Below are positions 49,125-62,121 of a DNA stretch of 64,000 nucleotides, piece by piece. The notes beneath the pieces are model-generated. The model saw only the letters and a program-made list of their open reading frames with translations, was not told the DNA's origin and did not search any database. The translations under genes were made by a program, and so were the position numbers. This DNA comes from Squalus acanthias. Lineage: Eukaryota. Where the stretch lies: NCBI GenBank assembly GCA_030390025.1, contig JASTWF010000033.1, forward strand, positions 5,644,001 to 5,708,000, in the 5' to 3' direction. The first letter of the stretch is position 1. The number at the start of each line of letters is the position of its first letter.

Positions 49125-49603
49125 TGTTGGTGAAAAATTAATTCACTCGAGTCTGTCTCAAAGCAGAAGATAACAGTTTATTTAACAGAGGCACTGGGAG
49201 AAGAGCCATAGACCCCGCGGTCTCGTGAATTCACTTCTCGACCTTACAGTGATATCGGAACTTCTTTTATACATTATAGGGTCGGCAACGCAATGCATTA
49301 CATACAAATGTCTTCACCCAATCACGTTCCCCCAGCAACAGACTTCTAATTATAAACTGCACTTTAAGCTAAAAAATGTTACTTCCCTATCGAAACTATA
49401 AACATCGAAATGTCGTGTCAGCTTTGTCTAGTCAGACTAGATTGTCATGCGGTGATTGGTTCTCAAGTGTAACCGTTGTACCTCGCACAAACACTTGTTG
49501 ACCACAGACATTACTCATCGCACTGTGTCAGCGAAACCATTCTGTATTTACGAATTTACTTTTTATATTACATTCTTTAAGCCCTATAATTTTTACTCCA
49601 ACA
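49125..49603 (-). repeat. ERV-B 5' LTR (~479 bp)
   Basis: 6-bp terminal inverted repeat, TATAAAA near 49270 and AATAAA near 49180 on the minus strand; sharp boundary with the CR1 relic. Confidence 0.85.
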
Positions 49604-50765
49604 GTGTCCTCTTCCTTGAAGACAGAACCAAAGTCTTTGTTTAATTGCTCAGCCATTTCCTTGTTGCGCATTATAAATTCTCCCGTTTCTGACTGTAAGG
49701 GCCCTACATTTGTCTTCACTAATCTTTTTCTTTTAAGATGCTTGTAGAAGCTTTTGCAGTCCACTCTTATATTGCTTCTTAATCAATCTCTTGGTTCTTT
49801 TTTCTGAACTCTAAACTGCTCCCAGTCCACAGGCTTGCTATTTTTTCTGTCAACTTGATATGATTCCTCTTTGGATCTAATACTATCCTTAATTTTTTTG
49901 TTAGCCATGGTTATACTGCTTTTCCTTTTGCGTTTTTGTGCCAGAAAGGAATGTATACCAGATGCAATTCATGCATTCGTTCCTTAAATGTTAGCCATTG
50001 CCTATCCACCATCATGAATTTTAATGAAGCTCCACAATCTATCATAGCCAACTCACTCCTCATACCTTCGTAGTTTCCTTTGTTTAGTTTAAGAATCCTA
50101 GTTGCGGATTGGAATTCTTCACTTTCCATCTTAATGAAGAATTCTATCATGCTATGGTCACTCTTCCCTAAAGGAATCTGCACAACAAGATTATTAATTA
50201 ATCGCTTCGCATTGCACAATACCCAATCTAGGATAGCCTGTTCCCTAGTTGGCTCCTCAACGTACTGGTCTAAAAAAACATCTCGTACACACTCCAGGAT
50301 TTCATCCTCCACAGTATTATTGCTAATTTGGTTTGGCCAGTCTATATGTAGATTAAACTCACCCATGATTACTGTAGTACCCTTGTTACATGCATCTCTA
50401 ATTTCCTGTTTGATGCCGTCCCCTACATTACCACTACTGTTTTGAGGCCGAGAGACAACTCCCACCGATGTTTTCTGTCCTTGGTGCTTCTTAGCTCCAC
50501 CTCGACAAGTTCTACATCTTGATTTTCTGGGCCAATATCCTTTCTCACTATTGCTCTGATTTCATCCTTTACTAACAACGCTACCCCCCACCTTTTCCTT
50601 TTTGCCTATCCTCCCTACATATCGAATATCCTTGGATATTCAGCTCCCAGTCGTGGTCACCCTGCAGCCATGTCTCCGTAATATCAATTAAATCATATCC
50701 GTTTACATCGATTTGCGCTGTTAATTTGTTTACCTTATTATGAATGTTTCATGCATTCAGATACA
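49604..50765 (-). mobile_element. Old CR1 ORF2 fragment (APE and linker) into which ERV-B inserted
   Basis: EPTREQAILDWVLCN, LGKSDH, DCKSFYK...FGSVFKEEDT. Confidence 0.9.
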
Positions 50766-51170
50766 GTCAATGAGCAGCGGAGAATCTGAAGCAGGAAATG
50801 TTAGTTAGAACAGTGAATTCAATACCAAATCAGGCACAGAAAGCGAAATAAAGAGAGGAAAAGAAAGATTAGATCAAGAGAGATAAAAGAAACAGAATAA
50901 AGTAAAATTATTTTTATTATTTAAAAACCTAAAACAAATGAATTCTGAATGAATGAGTCTCCACACGTATAAAAGTGAATTTTCGGTGCCAGAGAGGTTA
51001 TTTGGCTGTAATTAAGACTCACTAAGACCGTTGAAAATGGGACTTAGACTGAAATGGACGGGGTTGTTGCGGTGTGTGAAATATTGTTAAGATCTATGGT
51101 TAATAATCGAGGGGATGTTGTGGGATCCTTTAAAGATTGGTGGCAATTCAAACAGCCCCAAAACTCACTG

Positions 51171-51245
51171 TTTTCTGACCGGGAATCGAACCCGGGCCGG
51201 CTGGGGGGTGACAGCGCCGCATCCTAACCACTAGACCACCAGGGA
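51171..51245 (-). pseudogene. tRNA-Glu-derived pseudogene carrying a GTC anticodon
   Basis: TCCCTGGTGGTCTAGTGGTTAGGAT...GGCCCGGGTTCGATTCCCGGTCAG is a tRNA-Glu(CTC) body; acceptor and anticodon stems are broken. Confidence 0.85.
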
Positions 51246-52659
51246 ATCTGCAACAAAATCCGTGCCAGAAAGCATAGTAACACAGTCTTTCCTGCGTGCT
51301 CCTTTGAAATTCAGATACTTTCGCGACAGGCAAACTGTTCGTACAAAATGCATTTTTTTTAGTTGAGAACACATAAGACGTGTTCGCGAAACCACGGCAC
51401 CAAGTGCGGGCAGGCATCCACTTGAAATCGATTTCCTTCTGTGCTTTTCTCTGGATGTTGTCTCTCTCGGGGCCGGGCGAACATTTTATTGATTCATTTG
51501 TCCTGAACTGAAGCCTTTTGCCCATTTCGCGGGGTCAGACCCGCTCTGTCTGTCTCTTCCTGCTTGTGACCATTAACGGGAACAGGCCGCCAGTTCAAAG
51601 TTCATCAGCAAACCCAGAAACACAAATAAACAGAAAGATGAGTCTCTCCGCCCCGCTGGCAAAGGTGGCCGTCATTTTACAGAAGGCAAGGAAGTGTATT
51701 TTGGATTGCTGTACCGAATGATGCGCTGCTGACTGTTGCGGCAGTAGCAGCGGTGCAGCAAGTTGAAAGCTTGATCAGGCTGCTTTGATTGGTGGCAGTT
51801 CAAACAGCCGCAAAACGCAATGTTTCCTTACCGAGAATCGAATACGGATCTTACCTTTTCCTCCGAGACAGAAATAAACACAGAGACACACAGACAGAGA
51901 GAAGCCGTCGGGAAATTGAACACTGATCACTATACTATCAAGGACCTGGTAGAGGAAGTAGTTATGCAGTGCTTGAGGCAAAGATTCAAACACTCACACA
52001 GACATGTGTGTGTGCTCTCTCTGTGTATGTATGTCTCAGATATCAGCCCTGCAAATTTTTCCCATTCAATGATTTATCCAATTCCCTTTTGAAAGTTACT
52101 ATTGAATCTGCTTCCACCGCCCTTTCAGGCAGCGCAATCCGGAACACACTCCCTGAGTCACTGGGCTTATCCACTTGTTTGCTGCCGCTGTTTTTTCTCA
52201 GTGCAATATTTAGTTTTGAGCTTCTGGCAATAATTGGCCACTAATCGATCAAAGGGGAAAGTGACTGAGAAATAAACAGTGTCTGTGGCTGCATGAAACA
52301 GACATACTTTTTCCACTGATATGTCAATTTATTTATGAGCATCAAATCAGAAATTGAGCAGCTAAGATGATATTACAGTTCAATACAGAGCAGAGTGAAT
52401 AAATTAATATACCTCAGGACGGGGATGGAGCCTCGGCCCTTCCCACAGACGATCTAAATTATATGATTGATTATTGATGCTGGCCGATTTATTTCTACAC
52501 CTTGGAATTCTGGAGAACCTGCTTCATTATTTGAAGAACAAGCTGAGCCGACAGCTCCCTCCCTGTAACAACAGATAAGGGTAAGCCAGCAATAGTTCTG
52601 GCTGGTTTACCCGGTACACTCTGAGACTCTTAACTTACAGGGAGGTTCGGTCGAGCCCC

Positions 52660-55110
52660 ACGTTGCGGTGATTGCCTGGTACCCTGGCAGCAGTCATGAT
52701 GCTTTCATCCTGCACCAGTCTGGTGTGCCAGCAATCTTCCAGCCACCATGTCAAACTAAAGGGTGGCTGCTCGGAGACAAGGGCTTTCCGCTATGCACCT
52801 GGCTGATGACACCTCACCAATACCCCACCACTCGCGGCCAGCAATCATATAATGAGAGCCATGCTGCCACGAGGTACCTCATCGCGCAGACTATCGGGGT
52901 GCTAAAGCAAAAGTCCCTCAGCCTTGACCGCTCATGAGGAGCTCTCCAGTAAACACTGGAGTCCCATTTAGTGGTGATCTGCTGCATGCGCCACAACTTG
53001 GCCATCTTGAGGGCGAAGTGATTGCCACCACGGGTTCTGGGACCACCTCAGGAGGAGGAGGAAGAGGAGGAAGAGCAGGAGGAGGAAGAGCAGGAGGCGG
53101 AATAGATAGAAATGGAAGAGCAGGAGAACGAAGAAGAGGAGGATGGAGAAGGGAGGAGGCAGGCAGTAGATCCTTGTTCTGGACAGGCTGTCCGTGAGCG
53201 CCTCATCAGATTCCAGTTCCAGTGAATGAAATTCCACATGCCTGTTGCTCAGCAGTTCCCCATCTTACCATCCCTCTGTCACAGAACATCACAGCGTCTT
53301 CCTGGTCACAAAGCTGAAATGAGAGCCACCACAAAACAAACATTCCAAACATAATTTATAAAGTTATCAAATCACAATCAGAATAACAAAGTCAACTCTA
53401 ATCAACCTTGTGCTTTCCCTCAGTGTCTGTCTTTCTTTCGTGTTGCTTCTCCTACTCTCGTGCTCCTACGAAGTGCTCCCCCAGTGGCTACAGAATGGCT
53501 GATGGTAGGCTGCTGACTTTCAATGGGGAGACTGCAGATGGCCTTGCAGGAAGACCTCGAGCAGCTCTGGGCCTAGAATGCCCGGCTGTAGACCGCACCA
53601 CCTCGGCATGGACGGCAGCAGCCTGAGTTGGCTGGATGACAGGCAGCAGCAAGGGCACTGCCAGAGTTGCAGTGGTGGGAGTATGAATACTGTCATCCTG
53701 AGAGAGGACTGCAGGTTCTTGCTCTGTGGAGCCACTGCCACTTCCCAGGGTGGCGCCTCTGCAATTCTAGCCTTCTATTTGGTGAAAGATTGCCGGAGTG
53801 CTGTGAGACCCCGCACTTCATACTCGTAAATCCAGCCACGATGGCAGCAATGTGAGCTTCCACTGCAGTACTGAGACGTTGGGTCGCTTCCGCCTGTGCT
53901 GCAATGGAAGCTGTGACATCACCCATCACACACAGCATCATGGCTGGGTCTACTAGGTCTCTCATGGAGTTTCCCATCATTTCCATCCTGGAAATCACGG
54001 GCTCCAAGCTCCGTGCAAATTCCTGTGCAATGTTGGAAATTGACATGTCTATGCTCCTTGGCACTGACAAGAGGCCCTCTGGCAAGCTTGCCATTGCACC
54101 TAGCATTTCAGTGTGCATACCCATCACCGTTCTTCTGATGGCCGCCCCATTGAGGTACTGATCTGATTCCTGTGCATCAGAACTCGTGCATGAACTCACC
54201 CACTGGGGAGCTGACACCCATCTATCCTTTCCCCCTGACCTGGCTGCAGCCCACTGGTGTCCAGTAACTCACCTCCTGCAGAGCCTGCCTCTATACTACA
54301 CTCTAAAATCCTCGCAGTGCCATTTTCTGAGCTGGTGCCTGTGAATATCAGATGCATTGACGGTGCTCCTGCACTGCTCTCCTCCAAAGATTCGGGGACA
54401 GTTTGGCGTAGTTGGAATTCGTGCGTATCTGAAAGGAAAAAGGCACAAGGGTCGAGATGTGGTGAGGGATGGGGGATAGCAAGATATGCATGCCTACACC
54501 ATCAGTGTGTTGCATTGAGCAATGTGTGAGGCTTGTGGTGCAGATGGTGCGATATGGCATTTGATGATGCATTCACCCACCTTGACTACTCGTCTGAGGT
54601 CATTAAACTTTTTGCGGGATTGCATCCAGGTCTTGGGGCTAACACTTGTGGCACTGACGGCTTCAGCGATCATCTCCCGCAGCCTTCTGTTGTCCTTCCT
54701 TGAAAGCCTCTTGCCACCCTGAGATAGACGGCCTGACAGCGTCTTTGAAATTCGAGGACCAAGGCCTCCATTGCTGCATCTGAAAATCACCTCGTCCTTT
54801 CTCTTAGCTGTTGGAACATGGTTTTCTCCACAATGACAATGTGGTGCTTCTGCAACACGGCACTTCCTCTTTAATAGTGCAGCGAACCTAGGCCTAACTT
54901 TATTGGCCAGTAGACTGCACACGATATTGTCCCCCCTGGTCAGCACTAAGTCAATCAGCAGCGGATTTAGCGCTGAGATCAGCATTGCAATCATTACAAT
55001 AAGCTGGAATAACGAATTGTGTGTGCTGCCTGCAACACTTAGAAAGGACTGGGGCAGATCGAGCTTTGCGCTGCCTGCGCCTGTTTTCAGGACTTGTAAA
55101 ATTTCTAGAG
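52660..55110. mobile_element. Decayed second Harbinger: transposase 3' part (+) and Myb/SANT gene remnants (-)
   Basis: YPGSSHDAFIL...WLLGDKGFP...WLMTP at 52668-52937 (+); AEAVSATSVSPKTWMQSRKKFNDL near 54600 (-). Confidence 0.82.
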
Positions 55111-55111
55111 C

Positions 55112-55370
55112 TATATTCCAGATCAGAACAAATTGCCGCATTACAACAATGCTCCTGATATTCCTCCTGGATTTTTTCTTGCAAATTATCCTAAATCTGT
55201 GTCCTTTGGTTACCGACCCTCCTGCCAGTGGAAACAGTTTCTCCCTATATACTCTATCAAAACACTTCATGATTTTGTTCGCCTCATTTAAATCTCCATT
55301 TAACCCTCTCTGCTCTAAGAAGAACAATCCCAGATTCTCCAGTCTCTCCACATAACTGAAGTCTCCGGTA
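55112..55370 (-). mobile_element. Decayed CR1 ORF2 3' fragment
   Basis: ERLENLGLFFLEQRGLNGDL...TKGHRFRI. Confidence 0.8.
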
Positions 55371-56354
55371 ACAATTTAGGGATTAGCTCTTTGTCTGATT
55401 GGGATCCCTGGACATGTGATTTATTTGCACTCTGCAACTGGAAGTGAGAAAATAAGTGTAAGGAACTCCTGACAGTGAGTTCTTTGCAGGGGTTCTGTGG
55501 AACAGTTAGTATTTGCGAATGGGTTCCCAGGAATTGTGCCATAACTCCAGTAAGTTCCATGCAATTGTAAATGTTTATTCAGGTACCAATGATTACATCA
55601 CCATCTACAGGGTTGGTGCTCTTGGGATCTTGTTATCCCGGTTCCTGGAGGTGTATCAATATTAGTGGGGAGTCCTCAGGAATGTTTCAATGTTTAGAGC
55701 AGGTACATGGCCATATCTGACTATGTACAGTGTCAATGGTTGTGTATTTCTGGGAAAGATTCACGGGTCATGAGCACACATTCTTTGGGGTCGCCAGGAG
55801 TGTGTCTGCATTTTAAGGGCAATGGAAATAGGACAATGTTTGCCATGGATCTTCAGAAATGAGCAAAGGATATTCCCAGGGGCTCTACCAGATGGTTTGC
55901 TTTCACTGACTGAGGTTAAAGTCCACATTGAGAATTGGATAGAAATTCTCTGAAATTACAGAACCTCATTATCACAGAGATAACCAGAAACCTGTAACTA
56001 AACCTGTTCCCGCTCCACCCAATGCAGTCATACTGAAGATTCCACATAGTCTGATTAACCCTGAGCTTTGGGGAGATTCACTTTATTTCTGTGCAATATC
56101 GGGCTAAATATAATTTATGATATTGCAACACGTTGTGTAAAAGAGATTAACTGAATCTGTTTATTCAGTCACTGTAAATAATGTCAGTCTCCTTGCGCCC
56201 TAATGATGTCAGTGGAGATTTCTCTCGCCTTACATAAGGGCCTTCGCTCAGTGTGTTAACCCAGAGTGTCTCTCGGAGCTTGGTCTGCAGAACAACCCGG
56301 GATCAGCGTTCAGCAGAAGTTGGAAAAACGGATCGGAGTCCTCCATGAGAAAAT

Positions 56355-56424
56355 ATGGCAAAGCGTGCAATTCTACGTGTACAGAAGATTTATTATCCCA
56401 CCCTCGCTGTTTTTGGTGTCCCTG
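56355..56424 (+). CDS. GPCR coding exon 1: MAKRAILRVQKIYYPTLAVFGVP
   Basis: ATG at 56355, IYYP...GxP TM1 motif of the GPR139/142 family, phase-1 donor G|GTAAGT. Confidence 0.88.
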
Positions 56425-57327
56425 GTAAGTCTCTATCTCCAGGTATTAATCCTGTAACCATTTTAATTGTATTCCTGTCTGTAACTGTCATATCCCAGTG
56501 CTGTCGGTGTTCCTTGTAAGTGACCATATTACTATTTCATGCTGGAAACGATATTTAACTGTAAACACTGTGTTCATTATGCAAGTCTGCATATCCAAAA
56601 AATCATTGTATTCAGTTTATTCCTCTTGCTTTGTGTCTGAAAGTAATTTGTTCCCCGACAGTTTCACTGGGTGATTTATTGAATGAATATCTTAGAATCT
56701 GCAGTCCGGTCTGAGTCTGCGAGTAGATTTTACACTTTACCCTCTGGGCGTTAAACAGCGACTGAGGAGGCCGGTGGAACAAGAAGTGGGCGAGAAGGAT
56801 TTACAACACCAGCCACAGTCGTTCCATTGATTTTCAAGGAAGGTGAATCTGGCGGGTTCTATTATTGGTGAGGGTTCTGTTCCCCGCCCCGATTATCTGT
56901 GTGTGCTCCGGACAGGCGGTGATGGATTGTTAAACAGTGAAGATCGAATCAAATCCAATCAGGAATATGTTCATGGCTTCAAGGATATTTTTTATATCTG
57001 TTGGGTAAAATTAATGATACAGAGTTGCAATTGGCGATAAATCATTCCAACTGATTTTAATTCCAATTGATTGTAAATGGAGTAAGGTGCATTGTAGATT
57101 CCTTTATCATTTTATCGTTTTGTATTCCCTCTATCAATTTCAAACCTATTCAGTTCTCACTCACATGTGGACAGCGCCAGATTAGTATTGTTTCACTTCC
57201 ATTCAGATTCTTTCTCAAAAACAAGGTGGCAGATCGAATCGTTAGTTACAGCATCAGCCCCTTTATAGTGGCTGCCCATCCGAATAGCTTAGAAATACGA
57301 ATGGAAATTCTCCCATTACAAAATCAT

Positions 57328-57337
57328 TAGATAGATT

Positions 57338-57399
<62 letters not shown>

Positions 57400-57544
57400 G
57401 TGATAGATAGATGGACAGACATATATATAGATAGATAGAGAGACAGACAGATAGATAGATAGAGAGATAGATAGATAAATTGATTGATAGACAGATAGAT
57501 GGACAGACAGATAGATAGATAGATAGATTGATAGATAGACAGTC

Positions 57545-57575
<31 letters not shown>

Positions 57576-57632
57576 CAGATAGATAGATAGATGGACAGAC
57601 AGATAGATAGATAGATTGATAGATAGACAGAC

Positions 57633-57680
<48 letters not shown>

Positions 57681-57868
57681 TGATAGATAGACAGACAGAT
57701 AGATAGATAGACAGATAGATATTTAGATAGACAGACAGACAGACAGACAGATAGATAGACATATAGATAGATAGACAGACAGATAGATAGATAGATAGAT
57801 AGATAGATTAACAGACAGACAGATAGATAGATAGATAGATAGACAGAGAGACAGATAGATAGATAGAC

Positions 57869-57899
<31 letters not shown>

Positions 57900-58180
57900 C
57901 AGACAGATATTCAGATAGACAGATAGATATATAGATATACAGACGGATAGATAGATAGATAGACAGACAGATAGATAGATAGATAGACAGACAGATAGAC
58001 CGACAGACAGATAGATAGACCGATAGACAGATAGACAGACAGATAGACAGATAGATAGATAGACAGATAAACAGACAGGCAGACAGATAGATAGATAGAT
58101 AGATAGATGGATGGACAGACAGATAGATAGTTAGATAGACTGATAGACAGACAGATAGGTAGATAGATAGACAGACAGAC

Positions 58181-58229
<49 letters not shown>

Positions 58230-58376
58230 GATAGATAGACAGACAGATAGATAGATAGACAGATAGACAGACAGATAGATAGATGGACAGACAGACAGAT
58301 AGATAGATAGATAGATAGAGATATAGATAGATAGATAGATAGATAGACAGATAGACAGATAGACAGACAGACAGAC

Positions 58377-58423
<47 letters not shown>

Positions 58424-58436
58424 CAGATAGACAGAC

Positions 58437-58487
<51 letters not shown>

Positions 58488-58523
58488 CAGTGGATAGATA
58501 GATAGATAGATAGATAGACAGAC

Positions 58524-58598
<75 letters not shown>

Positions 58599-58671
58599 CA
58601 GATAGATAGACAGATAGATAGATAGATAGATGGACAGACAGTGGATAGACATACTGACTGATAGACAGACA
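57328..58671 (+). repeat. ~1.35-kb compound (GATA)n/(GACA)n microsatellite in the GPCR intron
   Basis: Direct reading. Confidence 0.98.
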
Positions 58672-59753
58672 GGCAGTACATTTTGTATTGGTAATAGTGT
58701 AAGATCGGTTATGTAACACTGGCCTCCCATTATACACCTCTCACGAATTTCCTTTGCATTGATTTTAATGGATAGTGAAACCGAGTGGGGTTTTAGAAAC
58801 ATTGGCACATTCGATATTGTCTCGTTTACTTCTTTGCTGAAAGTTAAAAGTTGCGCCAGTAATCAATGATTGAAATCGGGCAGTGTGTACAACACTCAGC
58901 AAATCCGCTATTGACCATTTTTATCCGGGAGCAAAAGATAATATTCCGTTATTATTGCCAATACTGATTTTTTTTAAAGTTTCTCTCTCTTCCTCTCCAG
59001 AAGGTATTGTGTCCTTGATGAGTTTTCACAAGACAGCTATCTCATGTTCCACACATGATTACAGATGATTCTCCTTTGGTCCATTTTTCCACTGCCGTTT
59101 CACACCCCAGATGTTTCCTGCCCAGAAGGAGACGGTTCAGCCTTCTCTCAGTCTCAGCTGTTTGCTGCAGTATTTCAAAAACGACTCCCCAGACCCACTC
59201 TCTCCTCATGACCCGATGTCTTCCTCTGCTCCTTGTACTGTTCTCCTCTTTAGTTAGAAGTATATACTCTAAGAGTGATTTACGCTGTCTCTAGATCCGA
59301 CCCATCTCACGGCTGATGTTAATTTGAAATATCTCATTGATGATTTTAATTCACTCTTGTTCTCTGCCTCTGTATCTAATTTCAGCTATCATTTGAAGCC
59401 AACCCGCCCGGCGGGAACCAGGCGAGTTCGGGCCGGACACCCGTTTTACAGCCCGCCCGATTTCGCTGTGCATTGACTTCAATGTTGCGGACCATTGGAC
59501 CTTGAGTAAAAAAGGTGTCCGACTTGAACACACTCCATTCCCGCTGGTCGGTCTCGTTTAACCTCTGGGTTTATACAGGCCCTTCCTAGGTTTCGGTACC
59601 AGGGACCACTCTGAAATTACCGTTCATTAAGTTTGAGGCGAGGCAGCAGGTGTAAAATGTCATTCTGCAACGGCACATAACGTGGCTGAACAATCCTTTT
59701 ACTCGTCAAACATTCAAACAGACACTTTCCAGCAGAAGTCATTACACAGTGTA

Positions 59754-60010
59754 CAGGAGCAGGACCCAGGCGTATACCCCACCATATCCCAGGGTCACTG
59801 ATCAGGAGCAGGACCAAAGCGTATAACCCAGCATATCCCAGGGTCATTGATCAGGAGCAGGACCAAGGCGTATACCCCACCGTATCACAGGGTCATTGAT
59901 CAGGAGCAGGACCAAGGCGTATACCCCACCGTATCACAGGGTCATTGATCAGGAGCAGGACCAAGGCGTATACCCCACCGTATCACAGGGTCACTGATCA
60001 GGAGCAGGAC
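59754..60010 (+). repeat. 49-bp minisatellite, ~5 copies; diverged copies resume at ~60677-60850
   Basis: CAGGAGCAGGAC recurs at 59754, 59803, 59852, 59901, 59950 and 59999. Confidence 0.95.
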
Positions 60011-60019
60011 TCATGTGAA

Positions 60020-60660
60020 CAATGGTTAACAGAAGAGGTGAGAGATAACATAAAGCTAATGGAAAGAACATACAAAAGTGAAAATAATAGTGTAGATCGA
60101 GGGGGCTGCCAGAGATAGAAAGAACAGCAAAGGAAGACAACACAGATATGAAAAGCTGGAAAGAGGGAATACGAAAATAACATTGCGATGGATTTCAAGA
60201 GCAACACAAAAGGTTTTTACAATTATATAAGAGAAAAAGTAGCCGGGGTAACGTAAGCAAGAAAACAGTATCAGCAAATATAATGGCACTGAAGACTGAT
60301 AATCCCGAGAACCAGCTGGTTTCCACCCCAGGGTTATAAAGAAAGTAGTGAGGAAATTGCAGATGGTTTAGCCGTAATCTTCCGAAGCTCTCTCGAGTCA
60401 GGAATTGTCCCATTAGGTTGCAAAATTACAAATGCAATTGTTATTTAGGAAAGGTGAGAGAGAGATACCAGGAAATTAAAGATTAGATAGTCTAACATTT
60501 GTTTTGGGAAGTGATTCAGCTAAACTGAGCAATTGTTGGATATTAAGTTATACAGACACGAGGCAGATGAATGGAGTTTGGATACAGATAGCCCAGATCT
60601 CATTAAATGGCGGAACAGGATCGTTGGGCTGAATGGCACACTCCTGCTCCTAAGTTCATA
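60020..60660 (+). mobile_element. Highly decayed, internally deleted CR1 splitting the 49-bp minisatellite
   Basis: Remnants resembling K.FYNYIR.K and the GGCTGAATGG...ACTCCTGCTCCTA 3' UTR. Confidence 0.65.
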
Positions 60661-61219
60661 TGTGACATCCCATTAATACCCAGGGTCTCTGATCAGCATC
60701 AGGAGTCAGGGGATTACATACTCAGCATATCTCAGGGTCAGTGATCAGGAGCAGGACCAATGGGAGTTTCACCCTCAGCACAGCCCAGAGTCACTGCTTA
60801 GGAGCTGGAACCAGGGGGATCAACCCCACCATATCTCAGGGTCATTGATTCCAATTGTAACTGACTAGGCCCAGATTTGACCGTGGGACCTTCTGTCAGC
60901 ACCATCAGGTTTTGTTGGCACCAGTCAGTGTGTTTACTCTTTGTTCATTAGGGCAAACCACATTCTATTGTTGGACATTTCTGAATAAATATAACCGTGT
61001 TATTTTCATGTTTATTTATCCAATTTGATCAGACCTTGACTTCACAAATCATTACTGACAGTTGATTTGAAGTCTTAGCTCTAACATTGACTTCTGTGAC
61101 ATCGGATTCCATCACGGGATGTTGTGAGCTCTCAGTAAATTACATCCATTGATCCACGACACTGATATTTCTGCTCCCATCCTGATGTGTAATTTCCCTT
61201 GCCCCCCACTTCCTTCCAG

Positions 61220-62121
61220 TTAACTTAGTGACGATTGTGATCCTGTCTCGGGGAAAGTGTGGTCTCTCCAAATGTGTCACTCGGTACCTGGTGGCCATGG
61301 CAGCGGCGGATCTACTGCTCGTTATCTTCGATCTGATACTGAGGCACATTGCAATTGTATTTCATACAGAGTTTGACTTTGTGTCCTACATTCCCGTGTG
61401 TAATATCCACGCCGTCCTACTTTATGCAGCCACAGACTGTTCTGTCTGGTTCACCGTCTCTTTCACCTTTGATCGATTTGTGGCCATTTGTTGCCAGAAG
61501 CTAAAAAACAAATATTGCACCGAGAAATCGGCGGCGGTGGTTATTGGAACAATGACTGTGTTGTTCTGTGTGAAGAACATTTTCTGGTACTTTATGCTTA
61601 CAGGCAACTATATGCTAATGAGAGTTCCCTGGTTCTGCGCTATGACCTACAGTGTTATGTATTCACCAGTATGGGCAGCAATTGAATTTCTACATTATAT
61701 TTTCACCCCGTGTGTACCATTTATTCTAATTCTGATGCTCAATGTTTTAACTGTCAGACACATTTTAGTGAACATCAGAATTCGGAAGAGACTTCGGGAC
61801 CGGGTCAGTGGGGAGAGTCCCAGCGATCCAGAGACAAAAAACAGGAGAAAATCAATTACTGTACTTTTTGTGATCTCGGGGAATTTTATCCTTCTATGGG
61901 CTGTGCTCGTGCTCAATACGATGTATACTAGAATTGTTCTGGTGAGCGAGTTCCCTATTGCTGAGCTCCCCAATATTGTACGAGAAATTGGGTTTATGCT
62001 CCAGCTCCTGAGTTGCTGCACAAACACTTTTATTTATGCCGTGACCCAGAGTAAGTTCAGAGAGGAGCTGAAGAATGGGGTGAAATTTCCCTTCACTGTA
62101 CTTTCTAAGATTATAAAATAA
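61220..62121 (+). CDS. GPCR coding exon 2; spliced product ~323 aa, class A GPR139/GPR142-like receptor
   Basis: Acceptor TCCTTCCAG| restores the frame (GVP-V-NLV); seven hydrophobic segments; YLVAMAAADLL, FTFDRFVAIC and NTFIY motifs; no stops. Confidence 0.92.

Larger units (their letters stand above)
46711..49603 (-). mobile_element. Endogenous retrovirus ERV-B, 3'-truncated: LTR-PBS(Ser)-gag-[no PR/RT]-RNase H tail-integrase
   Basis: LTR TGTTGG...CCAACA, perfect PBS, Gag ORF, and IN motifs WWWPG...CIAC, LQLDFTG, IDSDQG. Confidence 0.93.

Noticed and set aside
54494..55351. 285-aa minus-strand ORF
   Set aside because: Read-through of a CR1 remnant, a Harbinger terminus and a decayed Myb exon, not a coherent gene.
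57316..58808. LSIY-repeat ORFs of 148-309 aa
   Set aside because: Translation of (TATC)n microsatellite.
59395..59640. GC-rich segment with palindrome CATTGACTTCAATG (and a similar segment at ~62645-63020) as MITEs
   Set aside because: Probably non-autonomous DNA-transposon remnants, but I could not define paired termini or TSDs.
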